Source of the DNA: Malacoraja senta
Lineage: Eukaryota
Length of the DNA: 38,775 nt
Reading direction: 5' to 3'
NCBI GenBank assembly: GCA_038087875.1
Contig: JAXLNO010000855.1
Coordinates: 124,001-162,775, forward strand
Part shown: positions 21,304 to 31,254 of the stretch, piece by piece
How the letters are laid out: each line of letters begins with the position of its first letter
Numbering within the stretch: position 1 is the stretch's first letter
Translations under genes and position numbers: made by a program
Notes under the pieces: model-generated
Seen by the model: the letters and a program-made list of their open reading frames with translations, nothing else
Database searches by the model: none
Told to the model about the DNA's origin: nothing

Positions 21304-22325
21304 TCAATACTTTGTAGAACCACCTTTCGCTGCAATTACAGCTGCAAGTCTTTTGGGGTATATCTCTACCAGCTTTGCACATCTAGAGACTGAAATTTTT
21401 GCCCATTCTTCTTTGCAAAATAGCTCAAGCTCAGTCAGATTGGATGGAGAGCATCTGTGAACAGCAATTTTCAAGTCTTGCCAGAGATTCTCAATTGGAT
21501 TTAGGTCTGGACTTTGACTGGGCCATTCTAACACATGAATACGCTTTGATTTAAACCATTCCATTGTAGCTCTGGCTGTATGTTTAGGGTCGTTGTCCTG
21601 CTGGAAGGTGAACTTCCGCCCCGGTCTCAAGTCTTTTGCAGACTCTAACAGGTTTTCTTCCAAGATTGCCCTGTATTTGGCTCCATCCATCTTCCCCCAT
21701 CAACTCTGACCAGCTTCCCTGTCCCTGCTGAAGAAAAGCATCCCCACAGCATAATGCTGCCACCACCATGTTTCACAGTGGGGATGGTGTGTTCAGGGTG
21801 ATGTGCAGTGTTAGGTTTCCGCCACACATAGCGTTTTGCATTTAGGCCAAAAACTTCAATTTTGGTCTCATCTGACCAGAGCACCTTCCTCCACATGTTT
21901 GCTGTGTCCCCCACATGGCTTGTGGCAAACTGCAAACGGGACTTCTTATGGGCTTTTTTCAACAATGGCTTTCTTCTTGCCACTCTTCCATAAAGGCCCG
22001 ATTTGTGGAGTGCACGACTAATAGTTTTCCTGTGGACAGATTCTCCCACCTGAGCTGTGGATCTCTGCAGCTCCTCCAGAGTTACCATGGGCCTCTTGGC
22101 TGCTTCTCTGATCAATGCTCTCCTTGACCGGCCTGTCAGTTTAGGTGGACGGCCATGTCTTGGTAGGTTTGCAGTTGTGCCATACTCTTTCCATTTTCGG
22201 ATGATGGATTGAACAGTGCTCCGTGAGATGTTCAAAGCTTGGGATATTTATTTATAACCTAACCCTGTTTTAAACTTCTCCACAACTTTATCCCTGACCT
22301 GTCTGGTGTGTTCCTTTGGCTTCAT
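21304..22325 (-). pseudogene. Tc1 DD34E transposase with one nonsense codon and one +2 frameshift
   Basis: [64 protein letters not shown][12 protein letters not shown] (34 aa between D and E); TAA at 22248-22250; 5-G run at 21694-21698 shifts the frame; repaired length 339 aa. Confidence 0.95.
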
Positions 22326-22406
22326 GATGTTGTTTGTTCACTAATGTTCTCTAACAAACCTCTGAGGCCTTCACAGAACAGCTGTATTTATACTGAGATT
22401 AGATTA

Positions 22407-22759
22407 ATAATAATAATAATAATAATGGATGGGATTTATATAGCGCCTTTCTAATACTCGGCGCTTTACATCGCATTATTCATTCACTCCTCAGTCACAC
22501 TCGGTGGTGGTGAGCTACTTCTGTAGGCACAGCTGCCCTGGGGCAGACTGACGGAAGCGTGGCTGCTAATCTGCGCCTACCGCCCCTCCGACCACCACCA
22601 ATCACTCACACACATTCACACACATTCACACGCAGGCAAAGGTGGGTGAAGTGTCTTGCCCAAGGACACAACGACAGTATGCACTCCAAGCGGGATTCGA
22701 ACCGGCTACCTTCCGGTTGCCAGCCGAACACTTAGCCCATTGCGCCATCTGTCGTCCCG
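22407..22759 (-). mobile_element. tRNA-derived CORE-type SINE with L2-like tail, nested in the Tc1
   Basis: A box TGGCGCAATGG, B box GGTTCGAATCC, CORE-like GTGTCCTTGGGCAAGACACTTCACCC, tail TGTAAAGCGCC..AAGGCGCTATATAAATCCCATCC(ATT)n; 6-bp TSD AGATTA (22401-22406, 22760-22765). Confidence 0.9.
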
Positions 22760-23076
22760 AGATTACACACAAGTGGACTCTATTTACTAATAAGGTGACT
22801 TCTGAAGGCAATTGGTTGCACTGGATTTTATTTAGGGGTATCAGAGTAAAGGGGGCTGAATATTTTCGCACGCGACACTTTTCAGTTTTTTATTTGTAAA
22901 AAAATTTGAAAACCATGTATAATTTTCCTTCCACTTCACAATTATGTGCCACTTTATGTTGGTCTATCACATAAAATCCCAATAAAATACATTTACGCTT
23001 GTGGTTGTAACGTGACAAAATGTGGAAAAGTTCAAGGGGTATGAATACTTTTGCAAGCCACTGTATATGCCAACAG

Positions 23077-23297
23077 AGAGGGCAGTGAAAGAAGATATGA
23101 AGATTAGGATCGTGACTGGAGCTGTAATTGTTCCTCTCATTCTCCTGGGGATCATCCTTGGAATTGGTTGCTGGAAGAAGAGGAAAAAGAGAAAACCTTT
23201 CAATGAACAGGTACCAGCTGACAACAGCAGAGACCAGGAGAGGACCATGAAGCACAATCAGCTTCCTTTGGGATGCAGAGGAGGTCTACCGGAATGA
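23077..23297 (+). CDS. Connecting peptide / transmembrane / cytoplasmic exon of the class I-like gene
   Basis: CCAACAG| acceptor in phase 1; (E)RAVKEDMKIR-IVTGAVIVPLILLGIILGIGCW-KKRKKRKPFNEQVPADNSRDQERTMKHNQLPLGCRGGLPE*; 22-aa hydrophobic segment (23109-23174) then polybasic stop-transfer. 3' boundary uncertain (possible donor CAG|GTACCA at 23210). Confidence 0.85.
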
Positions 23298-23755
23298 TGC
23301 CTGGATTAGTGGGGTATTAGCCACAGGGAGAAGTTGGACAGACTGGACAGTTGGATTGTTTTCTCTGGAATGTCGGGGATTGAGGGGAGACCTGACAGTA
23401 ATATATCAAACTGGGAGGAGTAGAGATAGGGTAGACCATCAGACTTTTTACCCAGGAAGGAAATATCAAATAAGAGCAGGTATTGCTTTACAATGAGTGG
23501 CAAAGTTAAAAAAAGATGTGCAGGACAAGTGTTTTACGCCAAGGGTGGTGAGTGACTGGAATGTGCTGCTGGAGGTGGTGGTGGAAGCAGATATGATAGT
23601 GGCATTTAAGAGACTTTTAGATAGGCACATGTATATGCAGGGAATGGATGGATATGGATTATGTGCAAGCAGATAACAATTGGTCTTGGCATCATGTTCG
23701 GCACAAACATTGTGGGTCAAAGGGCCTGTTCTTGTGCTGTACTGTTCTATGCTCT
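23270..23755 (+). mobile_element. CR1/HER1 LINE 3' fragment overlapping the end of the class I tail
   Basis: GCAGAGGAGGTCTACCGGAATGATGCCTGGATT corresponds to the CR1 QRRFTRMLPGL segment seen elsewhere in the window (e.g. ORF 34237..34611), followed by LDRL..LFSLE..GDL and CR1 3' UTR. Confidence 0.8.
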
Positions 23756-23867
23756 TTATTGTATCAATGCTGACTGATGACTTTACATTCAGCCATTAAT
23801 TTTTCAAATGCTGTCTTCACTGCAGTTACCCTGTGATTCCAAAGTCATACATTGCGCCACATTTTGG

Positions 23868-23873
23868 AATAAA
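23868..23873 (+). terminator. Candidate polyadenylation signal for the class I-like gene
   Basis: First AATAAA in non-repeat sequence after the stop codon; position only. Confidence 0.25.
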
Positions 23874-23884
23874 AGGTCGCCTAT

Positions 23885-24170
23885 TTGATTGATTGATACT
23901 TTATTATCACATGTGACATGTCACAGTGAAATTCTTTGCTTTGCATAACATACACAAGGTATACATACACAAGTCACCATGTATAGGGTGTCGACACAGT
24001 TACAAAGTAATCATTACAGTCCCCAATGGTCCCGCTTTGTTCTCGGCAGCCCCTCCATGTTGGGTTCACCTGTGTTATCCGCGCCCCCTCCCCCCCCAAC
24101 CCCGGGACCCTCTTTGTTATCTTTGTTCTCGGCAGTCCTCCCATGTTGGGTCCCTCTTTAAAATAGTTAC
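23885..24170 (-). mobile_element. Non-autonomous retroelement 3' end, same 3' motif as 4570-5160 and 32050-32352
   Basis: (TTGA)n-ACTTTATTATCACATGTGACATGTCACAGTGAAATTCTTTGC. Confidence 0.6.
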
Positions 24171-24579
24171 GAAGAAGATTTATTTTCCAGGAGGTGTATG
24201 ATTTGCCTGAACTTTCTATTCCAGCTGTGAAGACAAGGTGAATGAATATTTTCTAGGTTGAGATATAGAGAATTTTAGATCAGAAATGAATCAAAAATTG
24301 CAGGAATTATGCAGTAAACTGATCAAAATCAGATTGGACATAATGTTATTGAATGATGCAGTCTGTTCAAGGGGGCTTACAGCTGATTACTAATCTTATT
24401 TTATATAAAACATAAAAATGTTCATCTCAGGAAGAGGCCCTTTGGCCCACAATGTCTGTGGTGAACATGATGAGATGCTAAACTGATCCCAACTGCAACA
24501 TGATCCATATCCCTCTATTTCCTGCAGATCAGTTTGTCGATCTAAAAGCCTCTCAAACATCATATACATATCTTGCCAG

Positions 24580-24762
24580 AGATAGACACAAAAAGTTGGA
24601 GAAACTCACCGGGTCAGTCAGCATCTCTGGATACAAGGCATAGGTGACATTTCGGGATGAGACCCTTGTTCAGACTCCAGAAATGCTGTTTGACCCGCTG
24701 AGTCACTCCAGCTTTTTGAGCCTATCTTCGGGTTAAACCTGCATCTGCAGTTCGTTCCTAGT
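24580..24762. mobile_element. Foldback of Penelope 3' tails
   Basis: AGATAGACACAAAAAGTTGGAGAAACTCACCGGGTCA..CATCTCTGGA pairs with TCCAGAAATGCTGTTTGACCCGCTGAGTCACTCCAGCTTTTTGAGCCTATCT. Confidence 0.8.
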
Positions 24763-25494
24763 TATTTTGCCACTTCTCTTTGTCACATACTGTAACCTGC
24801 ATTCCTTGTTCACATACCTGATGGTGTAGTGGAGAAGTAATTGCCTTTGCATTTAATGCTTCACTCAGTGCTTCAAGTATTTGATGGGCCAGTCAACAAG
24901 GATCTTTGTTTTCAATACGAACCACGCTCTACACCACAGCTTACATAATATTGCTTAGTTTAGTTGAGTGATACAGCATGGATGCAGAGCCTTCAGCTCA
25001 TCGAGTTGATACCAACCATCCAACACACCAGTTCTATGTTATCCCTCTTTCACATCCGCTTTCCATACACTAGGGCAATTTTACAAAGGCCAACTCACCT
25101 ACATACCTGTACATCATTGAGATGTGCGAGGAAACCGGAGCACCGGGAGAAATCCCACGTGGTCACAGGGAGAACATGCAAACTCCACATAGACAACATC
25201 CCAGTACCATGTCATGTGAATATTTATGGAACATGGTAACGTATGGGGGCTGTGTTTTGTTGACCTGACAGATTACTGGGAACAATACTCATTATCAAAG
25301 CTGTGGTGTAATAGCTGTGGAAGTGTTTTATGTGCAACAGACTGAGAATGTCATTGTATATCCACCAGTGTCATTTCTGAATTATGAGCATTTAATAAAA
25401 TAATTTTGAATGAGTTTTACCAAGACGTTAGCATGCTACACTGACCTATATACTTGTTTTGTCATTGTTAATACTACAGACAGCTATTTACTCA

Positions 25495-25925
25495 ATCATA
25501 AGATCATAAGATCATAAGTGATAGGAACAGAATTAGGCCATTCGTCCCATCAATCATGGCTGATCTATCCTATCCTCCAAACCACATTTTCCTACCTTCT
25601 CCCCATAACCCCCGACACCCGTTCTATTCAAGAATCTATCTATCTCTGCCATAAAAAAATATCCATTGACGGCCTCCACAGCCTTCTGTGGCAGAATTCC
25701 ACAGATTCACCACCCTCTGAATAAAGAAATTCCTCCTCATCTCCTTCCTAAAGGAGTGTACTTTAATTGTGAGGCTTTGCCCTCTGGTGAGATGCTGACA
25801 CTAGTGGAAACATCCTCTCAACATCCACTCTATCCAGGCCTTTCACTATCAGGTAAGTTTCAATGAGGTTTCCCTCATCCTTCTAAACTCCAGCGAGTAG
25901 AGGCCTAGTGCCGTCAAATGCTCAT
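25495..25925 (-). mobile_element. CR1 LINE 3' end with (CATAAGAT)n tail
   Basis: Same sequence family as 5290-5770 and 31255-31800. Confidence 0.85.
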
Positions 25926-25939
25926 TTGAACAGAATAAC

Positions 25940-26228
25940 AACAACTTTACTCTTCATATAACCAATTGTCAAAACTCACACCTCCACATTCAGGGACAGT
26001 CTCTTCCCAATTGTTATCAGGTAACTGAAACCATCCTACCAACAACCAGGGTGCAGTCTTGAACTACTGTCTCCTGCATTGGAGATCCTTGGACAATCTT
26101 TGATCGGACTTTACTGCCTTTATCTTGCACCAAACGTTATTGACGTTATTCCCTTTATCATATATCTGTACACTATGGATGGCTCGATTGTAATCATGTA
26201 TTGTCTTTCCACTGACTGGTTAGCACAT
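25940..26228 (+). mobile_element. Rex1/Babar-type LINE 3' end
   Basis: TSTFRDSLFPIVIR.L motif and 3' UTR shared with ~35530-35635. Confidence 0.6.
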
Positions 26229-27073
26229 TTAGTTTAGTTTAGTTTAGAGATACAGGGCAGAAACAGGGTCCGCACCAATTCCCGCACACTAACACTATCC
26301 TACACACACTTGGAACAGGTTTACATTTATACCAACCCAATTAACCTACATACCCATAGTCAAGATCAAACCCGGCTGTGTGGCACATAAGGCAGCAACT
26401 CCAGTGTTGCATCACCATGTTGCCCTTATTGTTCTAGGATGTGCAGGGAATGGAGGTATATTATGTGCCGGCAGATAGGAGTTGGTCTTGGCATCATGTT
26501 CAACACAGACATTGTGGGCCAAAGGGCCTGTTCCTGTGTTGTACTGATCTATTGTGGTGATTGTGAAAACACATAATAATTACTTGATTGCTGATATCTT
26601 AAGTGTATTTACTAGGTACATTAAATATTCAGACAAAACTAAATTCCATTCCCGAGTCATCTAATTCCCACACCCTAGTCAGCATGAAACATCAACTTTC
26701 TTGATGTACTGATATTTATTTTCTGTTAATATTTAACTGTGAGTTTAATGTTACACCAAATGATAATTGGCTTGTTTCCATCAGTGTTTGCAATCTGGAT
26801 GACCCTGAATTTATTGCTTAGGTGTGAGATTCCTCGCAAGGACTGAGATGAGGCAGAAACCTGACTGTTACAGACTTTTTGGAGGGGTTTGCAAGATTTT
26901 GACCCAACACCTCTGAAGGCAAGACAATATATTTACAAGCAGCCTCAACCGCACCTCAGACAGTGCCATCCAGGCACTCGTCACTGTCTGTGAAAAAACA
27001 TGCCCTGCACATTTCCTTTAAACATTCATCTTAAAACTATGCCCTCTTGTATTTAATGTTTCCATCCATGTTG

Positions 27074-27390
27074 AGTTTAGTTTATTTTAGTTTAGAGATA
27101 CAGCGTGGAAACAGGCCCTTCGGCCCACCGAGTCCGCACCGACTAGTGATCCCTGGGCATTAGCACTATCCTACACACACTCGGGATGATTTACACATAC
27201 ACCAAGCCAATTAATCTACATACCTGTACATCTTTCGAGTGTGGGAGGAAACCGAAGATCTCGGAGAAAACCCATGCTGTCATGGAGAGAACGTACAAAC
27301 TCCACACGTACAGCACCCGTGGTCGGGATCGAACCTGGGTCTCCCACGCTGCAAGCGCTGTAAAGCAGCAACTCTACCGCTGCGCCACAG
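27074..27390 (-). mobile_element. HE1-type V-SINE, full length (further diverged copies at ~13260-13350, 18895-18980, 24953-25200, 26228-26420, 31030-31255)
   Basis: TTTAGTTTAGAGATACAGCGTGGAAACAGGCCCTTCGGCCCACCGAGTCCGCACCG..GCAGCAACTCTACCGCTGCGCCAC. Confidence 0.9.
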
Positions 27391-27399
27391 TGACTGCCC

Positions 27400-27920
27400 C
27401 TGTTCTGACTATCTATCCTATCTATACCTCTCATAGTTTTATGTACTTCTATCCGGTGTCCCATCAAACTCCGGCATTGTAGCGGAAGCAATCCATGTCT
27501 GTCCATATGTTTCATGTAGCCAACACACCCTAGTTGAGGCATCATTCTTGTAAACCTCTGCACCCCTTCCAATGCCTCTACATCCTTTATGTAATGGGTC
27601 AACAAAAACTACACATAATACTCCAAATGTGGACTACCCAGCCCTATAAAACTGTATTATGACTTCCTGTCTCTAGAAACCCAAGATTCAACCCCAAGAT
27701 CTCTCTGTAGATTAATGCTGTTAAGGGTCTTGCCAATAACTGTATACTTTTCCTTTACATTCGACCACTCAAAGTGTAACATACTTGCTCAAAAATGAAC
27801 TCCATTTGCAATTTTCTGCCCATTTCTGTATCTGATGTATTTCCCATTGTACACTTGGGCAGCCTTCTTCACTGTTCGCAACTCCATCAATGTTGGTGGC
27901 GCCTGCAAACTAACTAACCA
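27400..27920 (-). mobile_element. CR1 RT C-terminal fragment
   Basis: KDVEALEGVQRFTRMMPQL..DRHGLLPLQCRSLMGH.IEVHKTMRGIDR in ORF 27216..27605. Confidence 0.8.
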
Positions 27921-28010
27921 ACCCAACCACTGGGTGGCGCCAGCAATGGCTGTCTCGCCAACAGTCTGTCTGTCCCTTCCTTCTTTGTGTTTTAACAGTT
28001 TGTGTTAAAT

Positions 28011-28890
28011 CAGGGGTTGGCAACCTACGGCCCAGATCCGGTCTGTAACTCGAAATCATCCGGCACGCAGGCGTAACACAAAACACACACAACACTTATC
28101 CGAGAGTAGTTCTCACACACACACACACACAGCCAATTCCATATCACAATACCTGTCGACTCAAGGGCCTGTCCCACTGTACGAGCTAATTCAAGAGTTC
28201 TCCCGAGTTTCCCATGATTCGAACTCGGAGAATTACAGTAATAGCCGCTCGTAGGTACTCGGGGCTCTCGTGGACATTTTTCAACACGTTTAAAAATCTT
28301 CACGAGTCTTCACGAGCTTACCGCGTTTCCTGAGTACATGCCGTTAGCATTACGAGCCACTAAGAGAGGTCCCGAGCTCCGACGTACCCGCTACGTACAT
28401 TCTACGTACTTACCACGAGTTTGATTTTTTTTAAACTCGGGAGAGCTCTTGAATTACCTCGTACAGTGGGACAGGCCCTTAAATCTTTCTCCCCGTCCCT
28501 ACCCTTCCACCCCCTCTTCCATCCTCCCGACCACCCGAAGTGAAAGCGCCCCCCCCCCCCACACCCCCCCCCACAACTCGGTGCTGCGGCTTGTGTGAAA
28601 CTGCAGCGGGATGAGAGCGACTTCGACAACGCTGTGCTGGAGCGGTTTCTTCGGGAGCCCAGCGGTGGACGGGCTGGAGGAAAACAAAGCATCAGCGAGG
28701 TCGGTGAGCAATTCCGCTCCGGCCACAGTGTTGCACTTTAGTCGTATTTGTCCCGGGGGTAATTGTCTTTTTGTTACGATTTTTTAAAACTATAATTAAC
28801 TAATTATTAACTATGGTGACAGATGTGGCCCTCCATCCACTCACAGACATGGGTCCTGGCTCCTATGCAGAACAAGGATGCTGACCCATG
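28011..28890. mobile_element. 880-bp non-autonomous hAT (Charlie-like) element
   Basis: Left end CAGGGGTTGGCAACC, right end GGATGCTGACCCATG (11/15 inverted match); exact 8-bp TSD TGTTAAAT. Confidence 0.8.
28164..28479. mobile_element. 316-bp MITE, probably PIF/Harbinger type, nested in the hAT element
   Basis: 47-bp TIRs with 2 mismatches (AGGGCCTGTCCCACTGTACGAG.TAATTCAAGAG.TCTCCCGAGTTT); flanks TCA / TAA fit a 3-bp TWA TSD with one substitution; many internal ACGAG/CCGAG motifs. Confidence 0.8.
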
Positions 28891-29509
28891 TGTTAAATGT
28901 ATGTTTTTAGTGTTCTTTAGCTTGTTTTACGTGGGGTGGGGTGTGGGGTTGGGGGAAACCTTTTCTAATATCTTACCTCGATGGAGATGCGATTTTTTTC
29001 TGTATCGTATCTCGGTCCGCACTGCAGCCTAACATCCAGGAGTTGCCGTCCTTTGGTGGAGGCCGACTTTTGACAGCTCCACCACGGGAGCCTGCGGAGT
29101 TACCATCACGCAGCTCACAATCTCTTTGCCAGGGATCGACCTCGGAGCTCCAACTGTGGGTGCTTGCGGACTTAACATCACGGAGCTCGCGGTCTCTGGT
29201 CAGAGACCGACCTCGGGAGCTCCAAGCCGCAGGTGCTTTGACCACCCCAACACAGGAGCTTCTATCGCCCTGACACAGGTGCTTCAACTGCCCCGACCGC
29301 GGGAGAATAAAAAGAAAGAAGATTGGACTTTTTTGCCTTCCATCACAGTGAGTAATGTGGGAATCTGCCGTGGTGGATGTTTATGTTAACTTTTATGTCA
29401 TTGTGTCTTGTTGCTTGTCTTGGGCCAGGGGTGGGATCCAGTACAGGCAACGCCAACAACTTTAATGACAATCAAAATAAGAATGCAAGGAAACAACAAG
29501 AGATCCAAT

Positions 29510-29720
29510 CAGAACATAGACACAACATGCTGGAGTAACTCGTCGGGACAGGCAGCATTTCTGAAGAGAAGGAATGGGTGACATTTTGGGTCGAGACCCT
29601 TCTTCAGGCTGATGTCAGGGGAATGGGAGGTCGATAGATAAGGAAGTGTATAGATAAGGACGTGTAAGATGTGAAAACAGGACAAAGGGAATGGAGATCA
29701 AGGAAAATGTAGCAGCAAAG
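29510..29720 (-). mobile_element. Penelope 3' tail, minus strand
   Basis: CATAGACACAACATGCTGGAGTAACTCG..GGGTGACATTTTGGGTCGAGACCCTTCTTCAG. Confidence 0.8.
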
Positions 29721-31254
29721 GAAAGAGATAAAGAAGGGAGACTCTCGGAAAAGATTGACAAGGGGGGAGATCTGCTAGATAGTGAGAAGCTGTGGTAAAT
29801 ATATCACCTTTATTTAACAGCAAGCTGCTTCGATAAACAAATAAGTAACAAGCCAACAGATGGTTACACTGATAAAGTTATACCAACAAGGGTGTTTGCA
29901 TGTTCAAGTGCAACATAAACTCTGGCCTTGAAGTATGATATTGTTTGGTTGGTTTCTGTGTGCGTACACAATGAGATTCTTTACAATGTAAATCAGAATA
30001 TGAAAAACGGAGAAAAAAGTAAAATATATAGATTCATTCTTGTAAAACCTTTCACAACATTTTAAAAACATTTAGAACCACTGAGTATTTCTTGAAATGT
30101 AAACACTATTGAATGAATAAACAGAGAACATTGAGCAGGATCACACAGGGATAAGCCCTAGCATCACAACGTCTGTGCTGGCTATGTTGCCTTTACAAAC
30201 TAATCCCATCTTCCTGCACATTGTCTATCCAGACTGAAGAAGGGCATCGATCCAAAACATCACCCAGTCCTTCTCTCCTGAGATGCTGCCTTTCCCGCTG
30301 AGTTACTCAAGATTTTTGTGTCTACCTTTGGTTTAAACCGGCATCTGCTGTTCCTTTCCACACACCCCTTCATTTCCTCTCTGTTCACATGTCACGACCC
30401 AAGAGAGACAAGAGAAAGCTTCTTTAATGAAATGTCTAATTAAATGTTCCAACAACAGAACAATTACATTATTACATGCAGCAGCCTAACAGGCCCATAA
30501 ACAGAGTATAAATAGATAAACAAGAAAATAATAAAAATAAAAAATAAAAGAGCCACTGTGTGGCGCGACAGTCAAAATCAATTTATTAGTTAACATAAAA
30601 CATAGAGCAGTACCACATACATGCCTGTTTAAATGCCTTTAAACATTGCTATCATATCTGTTTCCACTACTTCCTCTGACAGCATGCTCCAAGCACCCAC
30701 CACTCTCTGTGTAAAAAATCATTTAAGATTTACTCCTCTCTACTCTGTGTCTCTCATAATTATATATACTTCCATCAGGTGTCCCCCACCCCCCTCATAT
30801 TCCAACTCCACAAGAGCAAATGATCTAAGTTTGTCCAACCTGTCCTCACCGCTGACACTCTCAAACACTGCTTTCAATTTTCATTCAAAGGGAAATGTGA
30901 TGAGCGACAGATGATCTGTGTTCTTCGGTGGTATCAACTGCAAGATAAATATCAATGAGGATTCTGGGATTAACCTGTATTCCTTAAATAACGTTTTGGG
31001 ATTATTTTTTAGAGGGCTGAAATATATATCAGTCCATTCAGCCCAGCGAATCCACACCAGTCATTGACCATCCGTTCACACCAGTTCAGAGTTATCACAT
31101 TTATGCATCACATTTTGACTTCACGGAGGCCAATTAAGCAACAAGCCAGCATGTGGTGTACGAGGAAGCTGGACCACCTGGAGGTAGCCAGCGCAGTCAC
31201 AGGGGGAAGGTGCAAACTCCACACGGACAGTACTTGAGGGCAGGATCAAGGCCA

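Larger units (their letters stand above)
21086..23063 (-). mobile_element. Tc1/mariner DNA transposon, IR/DR type (1978 bp including a nested SINE; ~1.62 kb without)
   Basis: TA TSD (21084-21085, 23064-23065); ~214-bp TIRs (21086-21300, ~22850-23063) beginning CAGTGGCTTGCAAAAG, about 9 differences by eye; outer and inner direct repeats GCAAAAGT(T/A)TTCA..CCCC. Confidence 0.97.
7496..23297 (+). pseudogene. Non-classical MHC class I-like heavy-chain locus with nonsense codons confined to alpha3 (pseudogene, or alpha3-skipping gene)
   Basis: Five phase-1 exons in class I order with GT-AG sites. Repaired frame 360 aa; alpha3 included terminates at 222 aa; alpha3 skipped gives 269 aa open frame. 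Lineage not assignable without a phylogeny. Confidence 0.8.
27925..29420 (+). mobile_element. GC-rich non-autonomous retroelement split by a hAT insertion
   Basis: Host sequence breaks at TGTTAAAT (28003-28010) and resumes at TGTTAAAT (28891-28898); internal CGGGAGCTCC/CGGAGCT subrepeats. Confidence 0.65.

Noticed and set aside
22685-22759. tRNA gene (A and B boxes on the minus strand); similarly HE1 heads
   Set aside because: It is the head of a SINE, continuing into CORE and LINE-derived tail with a TSD; no complete cloverleaf is supported.
21086-23063. Teleost contamination or misassembly as the source of the Tc1 plus SINE
   Set aside because: The element has a clean TA duplication with host class I intron and exon sequence on both sides. 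Spanning reads would still be the final check.
23022-23076. N-terminal part of ORF 23022..23297 (MEKFKGYEYFCKPLYMPT) as a standalone membrane protein
   Set aside because: It is read-through from the Tc1 right TIR; the real coding part begins at the splice acceptor 23077.
26785-26821. 37-nt exon-like segment (CCATCAG|..TAG|GTGTGA)
   Set aside because: Weak donor, no recognisable peptide and no frame-compatible neighbours.
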